A DNA stretch of 63,070 bases, counting the filler, from Octopus bimaculoides (taxonomy: Eukaryota), in the NCBI RefSeq assembly GCF_001194135.2. It is 10 parts of 10 records of this genome, joined end to end, with 100 filler letters (N's around TTAATTAATTAA, not from the genome) between each part and the next. Parts side by side here need not be neighbours in the genome. Positions count along the whole stretch, not along the records: positions 8,060 to 18,226 come from NC_068995.1; positions 18,327 to 25,791 come from NC_068986.1; 8 more parts are not named here. One strand, written 5' to 3'. The notes below the pieces were generated by a model. That model was not told the origin of the DNA and did no database searches. It saw only the letters and a list, made by a program, of their open reading frames with translations. The stretch's first letter is position 1; each line of letters starts with the position of its first letter. A program made the position numbers and the translations under genes. Below are positions 12,953-25,090 of this stretch, piece after piece.

Positions 12953-13153
12953 TACTCTTTTACTCTTTTACTTGTTTCAGTCATTTGACTGCGGCCATGC
13001 AGGAGCACCGCCTTTAGTCGAGCAAATCGACCCCAGGATTTATTCTTTGTAAGCCTAGTACTTATTCTATCGGTCTCTTTTTGCCGAACCGCTAAGTTAC
13101 AGGAACGTAAACACACCAGCATCGGTTGTCAAGCGATGTGGGGGGGGGGGACA
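12953..13153 (-). mobile_element. SINE family A, 3' half (young), runs into gap
   Basis: tactcttttacttgtttcagtcatttgactgcggccatgc...gtaaacacaccagcatcggttgtcaagcgatg. Confidence 0.92.
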
Positions 13154-13917
13154 NNNNNNNNNNNNNNNNNNNNNNNNNNNNNNNNNNNNNNNNNNNNNNN
13201 NNNNNNNNNNNNNNNNNNNNNNNNNNNNNNNNNNNNNNNNNNNNNNNNNNNNNNNNNNNNNNNNNNNNNNNNNNNNNNNNNNNNNNNNNNNNNNNNNNNN
13301 NNNNNNNNNNNNNNNNNNNNNNNNNNNNNNNNNNNNNNNNNNNNNNNNNNNNNNNNNNNNNNNNNNNNNNNNNNNNNNNNNNNNNNNNNNNNNNNNNNNN
13401 NNNNNNNNNNNNNNNNNNNNNNNNNNNNNNNNNNNNNNNNNNNNNNNNNNNNNNNNNNNNNNNNNNNNNNNNNNNNNNNNNNNNNNNNNNNNNNNNNNNN
13501 NNNNNNNNNNNNNNNNNNNNNNNNNNNNNNNNNNNNNNNNNNNNNNNNNNNNNNNNNNNNNNNNNNNNNNNNNNNNNNNNNNNNNNNNNNNNNNNNNNNN
13601 NNNNNNNNNNNNNNNNNNNNNNNNNNNNNNNNNNNNNNNNNNNNNNNNNNNNNNNNNNNNNNNNNNNNNNNNNNNNNNNNNNNNNNNNNNNNNNNNNNNN
13701 NNNNNNNNNNNNNNNNNNNNNNNNNNNNNNNNNNNNNNNNNNNNNNNNNNNNNNNNNNNNNNNNNNNNNNNNNNNNNNNNNNNNNNNNNNNNNNNNNNNN
13801 NNNNNNNNNNNNNNNNNNNNNNNNNNNNNNNNNNNNNNNNNNNNNNNNNNNNNNNNNNNNNNNNNNNNNNNNNNNNNNNNNNNNNNNNNNNNNNNNNNNN
13901 NNNNNNNNNNNNNNNNT

Positions 13918-13949
<32 letters not shown>

Positions 13950-13963
13950 GATAGATAAATAGT

Positions 13964-14003
<40 letters not shown>

Positions 14004-14397
14004 GAGAGAGACGAGGAGTGGATGAGCTAGTTTTATTGCATTCAGACTTGAAGTTGAAGTTCTAATCTTATCAAACGTACGTCACCAAATCTTAATGAAG
14101 ACTACATGAGCGGTACAGCTGTGTATTGTAAGATTTATGGGATAATTATATTGTAACAACATTTTAATGTCATTGATTTAGATGTAGACACTCATTTAAC
14201 CACACCCACTATAAAAAAAAAACCCAGCAACGGCACGATATGACGTGGATGTCGTTCGGTCTGGTGAAAATAGCAGCCAATTCTGTTTCGAATCACAATT
14301 TTGCTGATCTATTAATGACTATATTGTGATAATGTGGTCCGAGATTAGTTGCATATTGAGAAAACTTGAGGGGATCATGCAGCGCTGGATTAACTGT

Positions 14398-14746
14398 GTG
14401 TGTTGGCACTCCGTCGCTTACGACGTCGAGGGTTCCAGTTGATCCGATCAACGGAACAGCCTGCTCGTGAAATTAACGTGCAAGTGGCTGAGCACTCCAC
14501 TGACACGTGTACCCTTAACGTAGTTCCCGGGGATATTCAGCGTGACACAGTGTGACAAGACTGACCCTTTGAATTACAGGCACAATAGAAACAGGAAGTG
14601 AGAGTGAGAGAAAGTTGTGGTGAAAGAGTGCAGCAGGGTTCACCACCATCCCCTGCCGGAGCCTCGTGGAGCTTTAGGTGTTTTCGCTCAATAAACACTC
14701 ACAACGCCCGGTCTGGGAATCGAAACCGCGATCCTATGACCGCGAG
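14398..14746 (-). mobile_element. SINE family C, young copy (5' head truncated by gap)
   Basis: Reverse reads ctcgcggtcataggatcgcggtttcgattccc (B-box GGTTTCGATTCC)...aactacgttaagggtacacgtgtc...gatcaactggaaccctcgacgtcgtaagcgacggagtgccaac. The body is shared with 48853-49149. Confidence 0.85.
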
Positions 14747-15452
14747 NNNNNNNNNNNNNNNNNNNNNNNNNNNNNNNNNNNNNNNNNNNNNNNNNNNNNN
14801 NNNNNNNNNNNNNNNNNNNNNNNNNNNNNNNNNNNNNNNNNNNNNNNNNNNNNNNNNNNNNNNNNNNNNNNNNNNNNNNNNNNNNNNNNNNNNNNNNNNN
14901 NNNNNNNNNNNNNNNNNNNNNNNNNNNNNNNNNNNNNNNNNNNNNNNNNNNNNNNNNNNNNNNNNNNNNNNNNNNNNNNNNNNNNNNNNNNNNNNNNNNN
15001 NNNNNNNNNNNNNNNNNNNNNNNNNNNNNNNNNNNNNNNNNNNNNNNNNNNNNNNNNNNNNNNNNNNNNNNNNNNNNNNNNNNNNNNNNNNNNNNNNNNN
15101 NNNNNNNNNNNNNNNNNNNNNNNNNNNNNNNNNNNNNNNNNNNNNNNNNNNNNNNNNNNNNNNNNNNNNNNNNNNNNNNNNNNNNNNNNNNNNNNNNNNN
15201 NNNNNNNNNNNNNNNNNNNNNNNNNNNNNNNNNNNNNNNNNNNNNNNNNNNNNNNNNNNNNNNNNNNNNNNNNNNNNNNNNNNNNNNNNNNNNNNNNNNN
15301 NNNNNNNNNNNNNNNNNNNNNNNNNNNNNNNNNNNNNNNNNNNNNNNNNNNNNNNNNNNNNNNNNNNNNNNNNNNNNNNNNNNNNNNNNNNNNNNNNNNN
15401 NNNNNNNNNNNNNNNNNNNNNNNNNNNNNNNNNNNNNNNNNNNNNNNNNNNN

Positions 15453-15503
15453 GGGCCATCCTCACGCACTCGGGCCATTCTCACGCACTCGGGCCATTCT
15501 CAC
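15453..15503. repeat. 19-bp minisatellite (gggccattctcacgcactc) next to a gap
   Basis: About 2.7 units visible right after the N-run. Confidence 0.75.
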
Positions 15504-15663
15504 CACATTCACCCATCTTTCGACAAATTTACTGGGGGTGGGGGATGCAGCACATTCCTTCCTTCCTCTGCGAACGGAATTTTAAAAAGGTCAATGAGGG
15601 CTTGGGCTCAGAGGAAAATGTCTTTATTCAGTCCTTTCAATTTTGTTCGCCACACCTCATATG

Positions 15664-15672
15664 ATGATGATG

Positions 15673-15722
<50 letters not shown>

Positions 15723-15735
15723 TATAATAATAATG

Positions 15736-15765
<30 letters not shown>
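15664..15765. repeat. (TAA)n microsatellite
   Basis: Direct reading. Confidence 0.95.
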
Positions 15766-15766
<1 letters not shown>

Positions 15767-15866
15767 TTTTGCATGAATTACTCTCTCTGCAAATACAACT
15801 CTATTCACTCAGTCTTATAGATTATGTGATACGCAGACATCGGGTATTTTTTAATTGCATTTTCAG

Positions 15867-15923
15867 GTGCCCATGATGTTTCTGGTTGAGATTTGGGAGC
15901 AACTTCTGTAAATTAAAGCAAAG
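15867..15923 (+). other. Candidate 57-nt exon (probably non-coding)
   Basis: Acceptor tttttaattgcattttcag|G and donor CAAAG|gtaaaa. All three frames contain a stop; one frame has only a TGA (CP*CFWLRFGSNFCKLKQ). Confidence 0.35.
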
Positions 15924-16185
15924 GTAAAAACGTAACAACAACAACAACAACAATGGGTACAAGAGCTACCTGCTCTTAATTTCGTCTTTATTGAAAGATG
16001 TGACGTATGTTTGTTGATGTATTCTCTGAAATCAGTCAGTTGAAGGCAATTTAGCTCAAGTCAGCCGAATACGTGTGTACTGTAAAAATAAGAAAAACTA
16101 GACAAAACACAAAAATAAATAATACAAATTGTTTAATGCTCAGCTTTGAGAGAACGAACGAAAAAAAAAAAAGATTTAGTATCTT

Positions 16186-16466
16186 ATCTTTTATTTTTTA
16201 TTTGTTTTTGTCAATAGACTGCGGCCATACTGGGGCACCGACTTGAAGAATTTTTAGTCGAATGAATCGACCCCCTAGGACTGTCTTTTTTAGCTTTGCT
16301 TTAAGCCAGGTACTTATCCTATCGATGTATTTTGCCGAACCGCTAAGGTACGGGGACGTAAACATACCAACATCGGTTGTCAAGCGATGGTGGAGGCCAA
16401 ACACAGACACAATAGCACACATGCATGCACACATATAAACACATACACACACACATATACACCCAC

Positions 16467-16520
<54 letters not shown>

Positions 16521-16567
16521 ATGATGGGATTCTTTCAGTTTCCGTCTAACAAATCCACTCGCAGGTT
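16186..16567 (-). mobile_element. SINE family A, 5'-truncated
   Basis: gactgcggccatactggggcaccg...gtaaacataccaacatcggttgtcaagcg...ttctttcagtttccgtctaacaaatccactc. Confidence 0.85.
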
Positions 16568-16639
16568 ACGACCAGATGCTATACTCTAAGGATATCTATG
16601 CAGCAGAAACAACTTTCGGACAGAGCCTTAAAGTGGATA

Positions 16640-16878
16640 TTTATTTCTTTATTGCACAGAAGGGGCTAAACATAGAGGGGACAAACAAGGACAGACAAAA
16701 GGATTAAGTCGATTACATCGACCCCAATGCATAACTGGTTCTTATTTAATCGACCCCGAACGGATGAAAAGTAAAGTCTACCTCGGTGGGTTTTGAGTTC
16801 AAAACGAAATACCGACAGACGAAATACCGCTAAACATTTCGCCCCGCGTTCTAACGATTCTGTCCGCCCACCGTCTTA
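16640..16878 (-). mobile_element. SINE family B (long-tail variant)
   Basis: Reverse of the 56473-56700 type: aggggctaaacatagaggggacaaacaaggacagac...atcgaccccgaacggatgaaaag...gaaataccgctaaacatttcgccc. Confidence 0.85.
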
Positions 16879-16888
16879 CTGTGTGTTA

Positions 16889-17042
16889 TCTATATATATA
16901 TAAAAATGAGAATGTGTGTCTGTCTGTCTGTCTGTCTGTGTGAATCCCTAAAACTCGAGAACTACGCAACCAATTTCATTCAAATTTTACACATGCCTTA
17001 CTTAGGGTTCCAGTTGTGTTTTAGTCAAAAAAAATTTTAACA
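16889..17042 (+). mobile_element. Non-autonomous Helitron, 5' end (runs into gap)
   Basis: A|TCTATATATATATAAAAATGAGAATG 5' terminus and (TGTC)n, nearly identical to 17776-17928. Confidence 0.75.
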
Positions 17043-17684
17043 NNNNNNNNNNNNNNNNNNNNNNNNNNNNNNNNNNNNNNNNNNNNNNNNNNNNNNNNNN
17101 NNNNNNNNNNNNNNNNNNNNNNNNNNNNNNNNNNNNNNNNNNNNNNNNNNNNNNNNNNNNNNNNNNNNNNNNNNNNNNNNNNNNNNNNNNNNNNNNNNNN
17201 NNNNNNNNNNNNNNNNNNNNNNNNNNNNNNNNNNNNNNNNNNNNNNNNNNNNNNNNNNNNNNNNNNNNNNNNNNNNNNNNNNNNNNNNNNNNNNNNNNNN
17301 NNNNNNNNNNNNNNNNNNNNNNNNNNNNNNNNNNNNNNNNNNNNNNNNNNNNNNNNNNNNNNNNNNNNNNNNNNNNNNNNNNNNNNNNNNNNNNNNNNNN
17401 NNNNNNNNNNNNNNNNNNNNNNNNNNNNNNNNNNNNNNNNNNNNNNNNNNNNNNNNNNNNNNNNNNNNNNNNNNNNNNNNNNNNNNNNNNNNNNNNNNNN
17501 NNNNNNNNNNNNNNNNNNNNNNNNNNNNNNNNNNNNNNNNNNNNNNNNNNNNNNNNNNNNNNNNNNNACAACAGCAAGAAAGTATGTACATGATCACCTT
17601 CTTTTACGAAACTTCATTGACTTTCATATATTTATATTGATATACATATATATACGTGTGTTTGGGTGCGTGTGTGTATATACA

Positions 17685-17775
17685 TCTCTATATATAAAGA
17701 TGATGCGTAGTCTAGACGGCGTTTTTAGATTTCATTATTCTCTTTAACCCGGGCAACGCCGGATATTTCTGCTAG
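17685..17775 (+). mobile_element. Minimal (91-bp) Helitron unit with both termini
   Basis: Starts A|TCTCTATATATAAAGATG; ends with the subterminal GC hairpin ccgg-gcaacg-ccgg then ...CTAG|T, the canonical Helitron 3' end. Confidence 0.75.
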
Positions 17776-18226
17776 TCTATATATATAAAAATGAGAATGT
17801 GTCTGTCTGTCTGTCTGTCTGAGTGAATCCCTAAAACTCGAGAACTACGCAACCAATTTCATTGAAATTTTACACATGCCTTACTTAGGGTTCCAGTTGT
17901 GTTTTAGTCAAAAAAAATTTTAACATCTTGCAGAGTTCGAGCCCCACGGCAACATAATATCTCCTCCACTATTTAAGTATTACGTGTCAAAAGTGAAACA
18001 AAAACACTCATGTCAAATACTTTCACTTTAAAAATGAAACTATTCTACTAACTGAAACAATCACATTTCGATACTGTAATGACAGATACTTTCAGAGAGA
18101 GAGAAAGAGAGAAAGAGAGAGAGAGAAAGAAAGAGAAAGAGAGAGAAAGAGAGAGATGTATATGTATACATATAGATGTATATGTACACGTTATTCCACT
18201 AACTGAAACAATCACATTTCGATACT
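17776..18226 (+). mobile_element. Non-autonomous Helitron, second copy, 5' portion
   Basis: Begins TC directly after the CTAG of the preceding unit. Internal 28-bp direct repeat ctaactgaaacaatcacatttcgatact (about 18048 and 18199) around (GA)n. Confidence 0.72.
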
Positions 18227-18326
18227 NNNNNNNNNNNNNNNNNNNNNNNNNNNNNNNNNNNNNNNNNNNNTTAATTAATTAANNNNNNNNNNNNNNNNNN
18301 NNNNNNNNNNNNNNNNNNNNNNNNNN

Positions 18327-18417
<91 letters not shown>

Positions 18418-18816
18418 GAAATTTAACATGAAGCTAAATAATTATTCAATTAATATATGTTTATTAAAACTTTACAGGGTTATTCACTACATTGGAGAAG
18501 AGTATAATCTTTATTTTACACAAAAGAAAACGTAGCAGTCTTAGGTCTAGTTCAGTACCTTCGTCAAACTGTTAAGTTTCTTAGGGGTTACAAGAATTTT
18601 TATATATTTTGGTTCATCTTGTGCGTGAGATTTTGTATTTGCAATGTACATGTGATCGAATGGTGCATTTGTATGTCATGTGATGAAACATAACTTGAGA
18701 TTTTTTTAATTAAATGAAAATAGATGGTGTGAGAAGAAAGTAGTAGAATAAGAATAGAGAAAGAAAAGAGGAGAAAATAACGATGATGATGCTCTGTGTA
18801 TATATATATTTATATA

Positions 18817-19024
18817 TTCTTTTATATTTTAGTCATTTCGACATTTCGACTGTGACCATGCTGGAGCACTGCCTTGCGGTGTTTTTTCGAACAATTCAAC
18901 CTTGTTTTTATAAGCCTACTACTTATTCCATTGGTCTCTATTCCGAACCACTAAATTACGGAGACGTAAACACACCAACGGTTGTCAAGTGATGATAGGG
19001 ACATAAGCCCACACACATTTATCA

Positions 19025-19058
<34 letters not shown>

Positions 19059-19231
19059 GCATGTAAATATACGACGGGCTTTTTCAGTTTCTGTCTACCA
19101 AGTCCACTCACAAGTCTTTGGTCGGCCCTAGGCTATAGTAGAAGTCACTTGGCCAAGGTATCATGCAGTTAGACTGAACCCGAAGCCATGCGATTGGAGG
19201 GCAATCTTCCTACCACTCAGGCACGCCTGCG
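18817..19231 (-). mobile_element. SINE family A, full length, diverged
   Basis: Both halves in reverse with internal (TA)n; head ...ctaccactcaggcacgcctgcg. Confidence 0.85.
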
Positions 19232-19307
19232 TCAACACACGTATATGATGTGTGTATGTATACATATATATATATATATATACAAACATATATATGTACA
19301 CACATAT

Positions 19308-19373
<66 letters not shown>
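19308..19373. repeat. (TAG)n microsatellite
   Basis: Direct reading. Confidence 0.95.
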
Positions 19374-20195
19374 AATGAATTATTTCACTTTGAATCCTAT
19401 CATATATCAACTTTCATATTATCGTTGCAGTTCCAAACCAGTTCACATTCTTGTTCTTGGGGTTCGTAGAATCTACAGTTCTTTTTCCTTTACCCGTCTT
19501 CCCCCTCTTCCTTCTCTTCATCGTCGTCAACATTTTCATCTGCTTTTTCTTTGAATTCTTCCTCGTATTATACTTTATATTCTTTACCATTTGTTCGTCC
19601 GTTACCCTTTTCTTTTTCGTTTACTTCTTTGTCATTCTACCTCTTCTTGAAATTCTTTTCCTTCTTCGCCTTCTTCAATTTCTTGATCTTACTGTTGTTG
19701 CAGTTGTTGTTTGCCAACCTTATTTTAAGATTAGATTCTCCAATTTGGCAATATACGGCCCATTCACTAGTTTTCTGTGGCGACTCAATAGATTTCTCTG
19801 ATAAACTTATCTATGTCTTAAGTAAATACAGGGTGATGTACCAATAGATATATGTGCGATGTATATTATATTTTTGGACGCATACTATATGTGTACGTGT
19901 GCATGTGTGCATTATTGAGTCAGCTTTTATGTACATTATGTTTATATACTTATATGCAAAATATAAAAGTACACATAATATGTTTGTATATACACATATG
20001 TATATTCACATATGTATGCATGCATGTATGTATTTGTGCTTGCGTATTGTGTAAGCGTGTGCATTTTTCTGCGTTTGTAGTTGTATATGTATTTCTTCAA
20101 ACATTTGTATATATGCAAGGGAATGTAATCGAAGCAATCAATAAGAATTCAAAAGACAAACATTATATTATATTACACGTAATGTATGTGTGTGG

Positions 20196-20406
<211 letters not shown>

Positions 20407-20619
20407 NNNNNNNNNNNNNNNNNNNNNNNNNNNNNNNNNNNNNNNNNNNNNNNNNNNNNNNNNNNNNNNNNNNNNNNNNNNNNNNNNNNNNNNNNNNNNN
20501 NNNNNNNNNNNNNNNNNNNNNNNNNNNNNNNNNNNNNNNNNNNNNNNNNNNNNNNNNNNNNNNNNNNNNNNNNNNNNNNNNNNNNNNNNNNNNNNNNNNN
20601 NNNNNNNNNNNNNNNNNNN

Positions 20620-20691
<72 letters not shown>

Positions 20692-20871
20692 TGAATGTCT
20701 ACATAGGTACATTTATGCCTCTGTGTGTGTACGTATATGTGTATGTTCTTTGTACATACGAAAACCAGAAAAGACGGAAAGTAAAGAAGACATCAGAGTA
20801 AATATAGGAACATGTCGAATTCAAGAAATAAAACTATCGAAAATGTCGTTTTGAATGTACTTGTCTGGCAG

Positions 20872-20927
20872 ATATCCACGTCGGAACGGACGTCTCAACG
20901 TCACTTTCCCGCTTCCAACTAATATAG
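20872..20927 (+). other. Candidate 56-nt exon (YPRRNGRLNVTFPLPTNI)
   Basis: Acceptor gtacttgtctggcag| and donor ATAG|gtaatt. CpG-rich island in AT-rich surroundings, one fully open frame. Confidence 0.35.
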
Positions 20928-21165
20928 GTAATTAAATCAATGCCAAGTTATTTGACAGACAACAACAACAACAACAAAAAAACAACAACAGTAACAATAA
21001 CAGCAGAAGCAACAAATACAACAGCAGCAACAACAACAACGACAACAACAAACACCAAGTCAGGAATGTGACTCTGCAACTTGGATCCTTCTTTTTGTAA
21101 CCTCTTTTTGAAGTTGAGCTACTTTTTGTCGTGTTATTTTATCATTATCACGACTACTAAAGTAG

Positions 21166-21179
21166 ATTATTATTATTAC

Positions 21180-21215
<36 letters not shown>

Positions 21216-21227
21216 CATTATTATTTT

Positions 21228-21289
<62 letters not shown>

Positions 21290-21297
21290 TATTATTA

Positions 21298-21352
<55 letters not shown>
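21166..21352. repeat. (TAT)n/(CAT)n compound microsatellite = (TAA)n tail/target of the adjacent Dong element
   Basis: Direct reading; abuts the LINE 3' end at 21353. Confidence 0.9.
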
Positions 21353-21353
<1 letters not shown>

Positions 21354-24300
21354 GCCTTTGCTTCTAACGCTGGAGATGTATTACAGTGTCAGCTGTTCAT
21401 GACCAGTGAACTAAGGTAACACCTCTTATTTTTCGAGCACCTTCCGGAGTATTCGAGCGGTTCCAAGCAGTGCTGTTTTCTGTAAGTGCTCTACCCTTAT
21501 TGCAGCCCTTATTTGTTCCGCATACTTCTCGAGATTTTTGCTCACAGTTCCCAGGGCTCGGACAAATATTGGTACTACTGCTACCTTTTTTCATCGACCA
21601 CAGCTGCTTAACTTCCGAAGCTAGCCTGTCATATCTCTCGACTTTTCTTTCTTCCTTATCGCATACCTTGTTGTCAGCTGGGCTTGCTATATATATGATC
21701 CAGCATAGTTTGTTTTCTTTCTCAATTAAGACTATGTCCGGCTTCCTATTCTCTATCTCATGGTCGCACTGAATCATAAAATCATCCCATAGGACCTTTG
21801 CATTTCGATTTTTGACGATGCCTTCAGGTTTGTGGTCGTACCAATTTTTTGCTCTCTGAAGTCCATACTTGTTGCAAAGTGTCCAATGGACCAGCTTGGA
21901 TATAATGTCGTGGAGTCTCTTATATTCTTTCTGGGCTAGTGACGTACATTGGCTGGTAATATGTCATACGGTTTCACCGTTTTGTCCACAGATTCTGCAC
22001 TTATCACTTTCTGCTGTGTTGTCTATTCTGTATTTTATGTAGTTTGTTCTTAGCGCTTACTCTTGGGCAGCACAAATTAGAGCCTCCGTTTCCGGTTTTA
22101 AATCACTTAGTAGTCAACCGTAGCCATCATTTTTCGCTGTCTGTCTTATCTTCAACATCCCTATGAAATTGACATTGCATTCTTTTCTTTACCCACCTAT
22201 TTTCAGTTACATTCACTTTCAATTTCTTGTATAGTGCTTTATCTTTGCAATCTTTCATCCTACACAAGCCTGACCTTCTTACCTCTAATAAAAGCGGTTC
22301 TGTGGCATTTTTTACATACCATACTATGTTGTTTTCTTCTGCTCTAATGCCGTGTTCACATCCAATCAGTCCTCTTCCTCCTCTTTTCCTTGGTACATAC
22401 AGTCTGTCTGCGTCACGTTTTGGGTGGAGTGACCCATATCAAGTTAGCAACTTCCTTGTCTTTTTGTCTAAGCCGTTTAGTTCGTCTACTGTTCATGCGA
22501 ATAACCCTGCACCATATCTAAGGAATGAAACCGCCCAAGTGTTGATAGCTTCGATCTTATTCCGTCCATTTAATTTCGACTTCAGGATCAGTCTCAGTTT
22601 GTGCAAGTACTCCACCTTAATTTTTTCTGTCATTTCTTTCTCCATTAATTTATCCATTTCCAAAATCCCCAAGTATTTATAGCCCATCTGTTCTATCTGC
22701 TTCATAGCCTCCCACGACGGTATTGTTAGCCTGCCATACATTTGATTTTGCATCCCTTCAAAACTAACACACCACGCTTTCTCAGTCAGAACTCCATTCT
22801 GATATCAGCACTGAAGGTATACACCGTATCAACGAGGGAACTGACTTGGGCTTCATCTTTACCATAAACTTTGAGGTCATCCATTAATAACAAATGGTTG
22901 ACTTTTTGTTGGCGGCTTTTGAATACATACCCAGCTTTTGCTTTCCTCAAAATCAGTGTTAGCGGTATCAAGTACAGTAGAAAGATCAGTGGGGACTTCG
23001 AAGATGCCCCCTCCTAATTTCTACTGTCCCTAAACTTCTTCCATATGCTGTCAGGTCCGTCCTCCAATTCGCCATACTTTTTCCAAGCAATCGCTCAACA
23101 TTCTATACAATACCAAATAGGTTCATACACTCCATTATCCAAGAATATGGGATCATACTGTACGCCTTATGATAGTCGATCCATGACATGGCTAAGTTAC
23201 TTTTCCTCGTCTTGAAGTCTCTAAGTACAGTTTTGTCTATCATGAGTTGATCCTTGATACCTCTGCACTTATGCTTGCAACCCTTCTGCTCATGTGGCAG
23301 GACTCCATTTTTTCCAGATGTTCGTACATTGACTCTGCGAGTATTCCAGTCAATAACTTCCACATAAGTGGCAAACAGGATATCGACCTGTAATTGTCTA
23401 CCGTATTGCCTTTTTCGATGTTTTTCAGGCACAGCACGGTCCTACCTAATGTCAACCACTCTGGTGTTACTTGGTCGGCATTTAATAAGGTGTTGAGTTG
23501 CGCAGCTATTCGTGCATGACATTCACCAAATCTTTTGATCCAGTAGCCTTGAACTCCATCTGGTCCCGGGACCTTCCATTTGCTCATTTTTTTTTTCTTT
23601 TTGCTGATTTCCTTCACTTCGCTAACTGAAATGACTAGTTCTGTCTGTTTTGGACAGACTACTGTTTGTTTCAGTTCTTGCAACCATTCAGCATTCTTCT
23701 TGTGCTCCTTGTCTTTGCTCCAGGTGTCACTCCAAAACCTTTGACTTTCAATGTTATCTGGTATCAACTTTTCATCTGTATACTCTCCATTTATTTCTTT
23801 ATAGAATCTCTTCTGATCTACTCTCAATAATCTATTCTTGTGGTAACCCTTCATTCTTTGGTCGTATCTTATCATCTTTGCTTTCTTTGCAACGAGGTTC
23901 CAGATTCAGGCCCTTTCTTTCAATATTATACTTCTTTTTCAGCGCCCTGTTTTTTTTATTCGCTTTTAAGCTCCCCTTTCTCTTTTTGGTCTAACACAGA
24001 GATTTCCTTCGAGAGCATGTCTAACTCTGCCTGGATTCTTCTTTTCCACCATGGATCTTTTCTTTTGTCACTCCCGTTATGTTTCTTTTTCTTGACATCA
24101 ACACCCACGTTTTCTGCTACAAGAATACTTGCTGCCTTGATCAAATTATTTGTTTCTGTGATGTTTGTTCTGATGTATTTCAGAATTTCATTGACATGTT
24201 TCGTTTCTTGGTTCAATTTCCATCGATCAACCTTTTTAAGTTTGTAAATAATGTCGCTATCGTTCTCCTGTAGTCTTACCTTTATTCTGTCGTAGATTGC

Positions 24301-25090
24301 CTTTTGTTCATCTGTCATGTCGCCATTAGTTTTATTGTCTTCTTTTAGATCATCTATATATCTCTCATCAAGTAAACTACCATTGCTCCTTTCCTGTGCT
24401 ATGGAATTACTCTTATTAGTAAGAACTGTATTTTCATTTCGATTCTGGATTTGGTTTGCAAGATTCTTTATGTGAGTTCGTGTGTTGAAGCATAGTCTGT
24501 TGTGTCTGGGGAGAGTCATTTTCTTTTTGTGCCTTATAATTTAACACACTCACCGGTAAAATTTCCAAAAATAAGGAATAAGTGTATTTTCATTGTTATC
24601 TCCGCTGCTATTTTCCATGACCCGTCTTTTGATAGCTTCGAGCTTTGATTCTGTGAACCAACAATTTTTCGTTATTGCTCTAGCTTCATCACATAGTCTC
24701 TGTTCCGCGTGTTGAAACAGTCCCTTTTCTCTCCAATGATCATACATACGTTGTCGGTAACCCCTAATTTGAGCACCATTTTCATCTACCGGACTGCTCA
24801 TTAATTGGCTTGCTCCATCTACGCAATGTGTGGTGGTCCCTTTCTGGATATCGACAGGCTAGAGCCGGACCAGAATCTCTGAGCCTACCGGGTGTGACAC
24901 TGTCACCATCATTGGCTTCAGTTTCATTACCACCGTTATTCACAATATTTTGTTTTTTCATTGTCACTCATATGAGGTAACGATTATCAGGTTGCACAAT
25001 TACCAGTGTTTTTATTGTGACACCATCACTACATGTATCATTAATCAGCCCATAGGAGGAGGAGGCTCCTACCGTTTCTTTTCATCATGA
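21353..25090 (-). mobile_element. R4/Dong-clade non-LTR retrotransposon, near full length, inactivated
   Basis: Co-linear broken ORF: N-term RGYRQRMYDHWREKGLF..EQRLCDEARAI; [76 protein letters not shown]; CCHC CRICGQNGETV*HITSQC; RLE RKPDIVLIEK..IASPAD..K; ends ILRKVLEK* at 21426. Many stops and frameshifts. Confidence 0.93.

Noticed and set aside
19440-19800. Glu/Lys/Asp-rich frame on the minus strand (and hydrophobic ORFs on plus)
   Set aside because: Several in-frame stops; best explained as an eroded (GAA)n purine tract. The same applies to 61620-61800.
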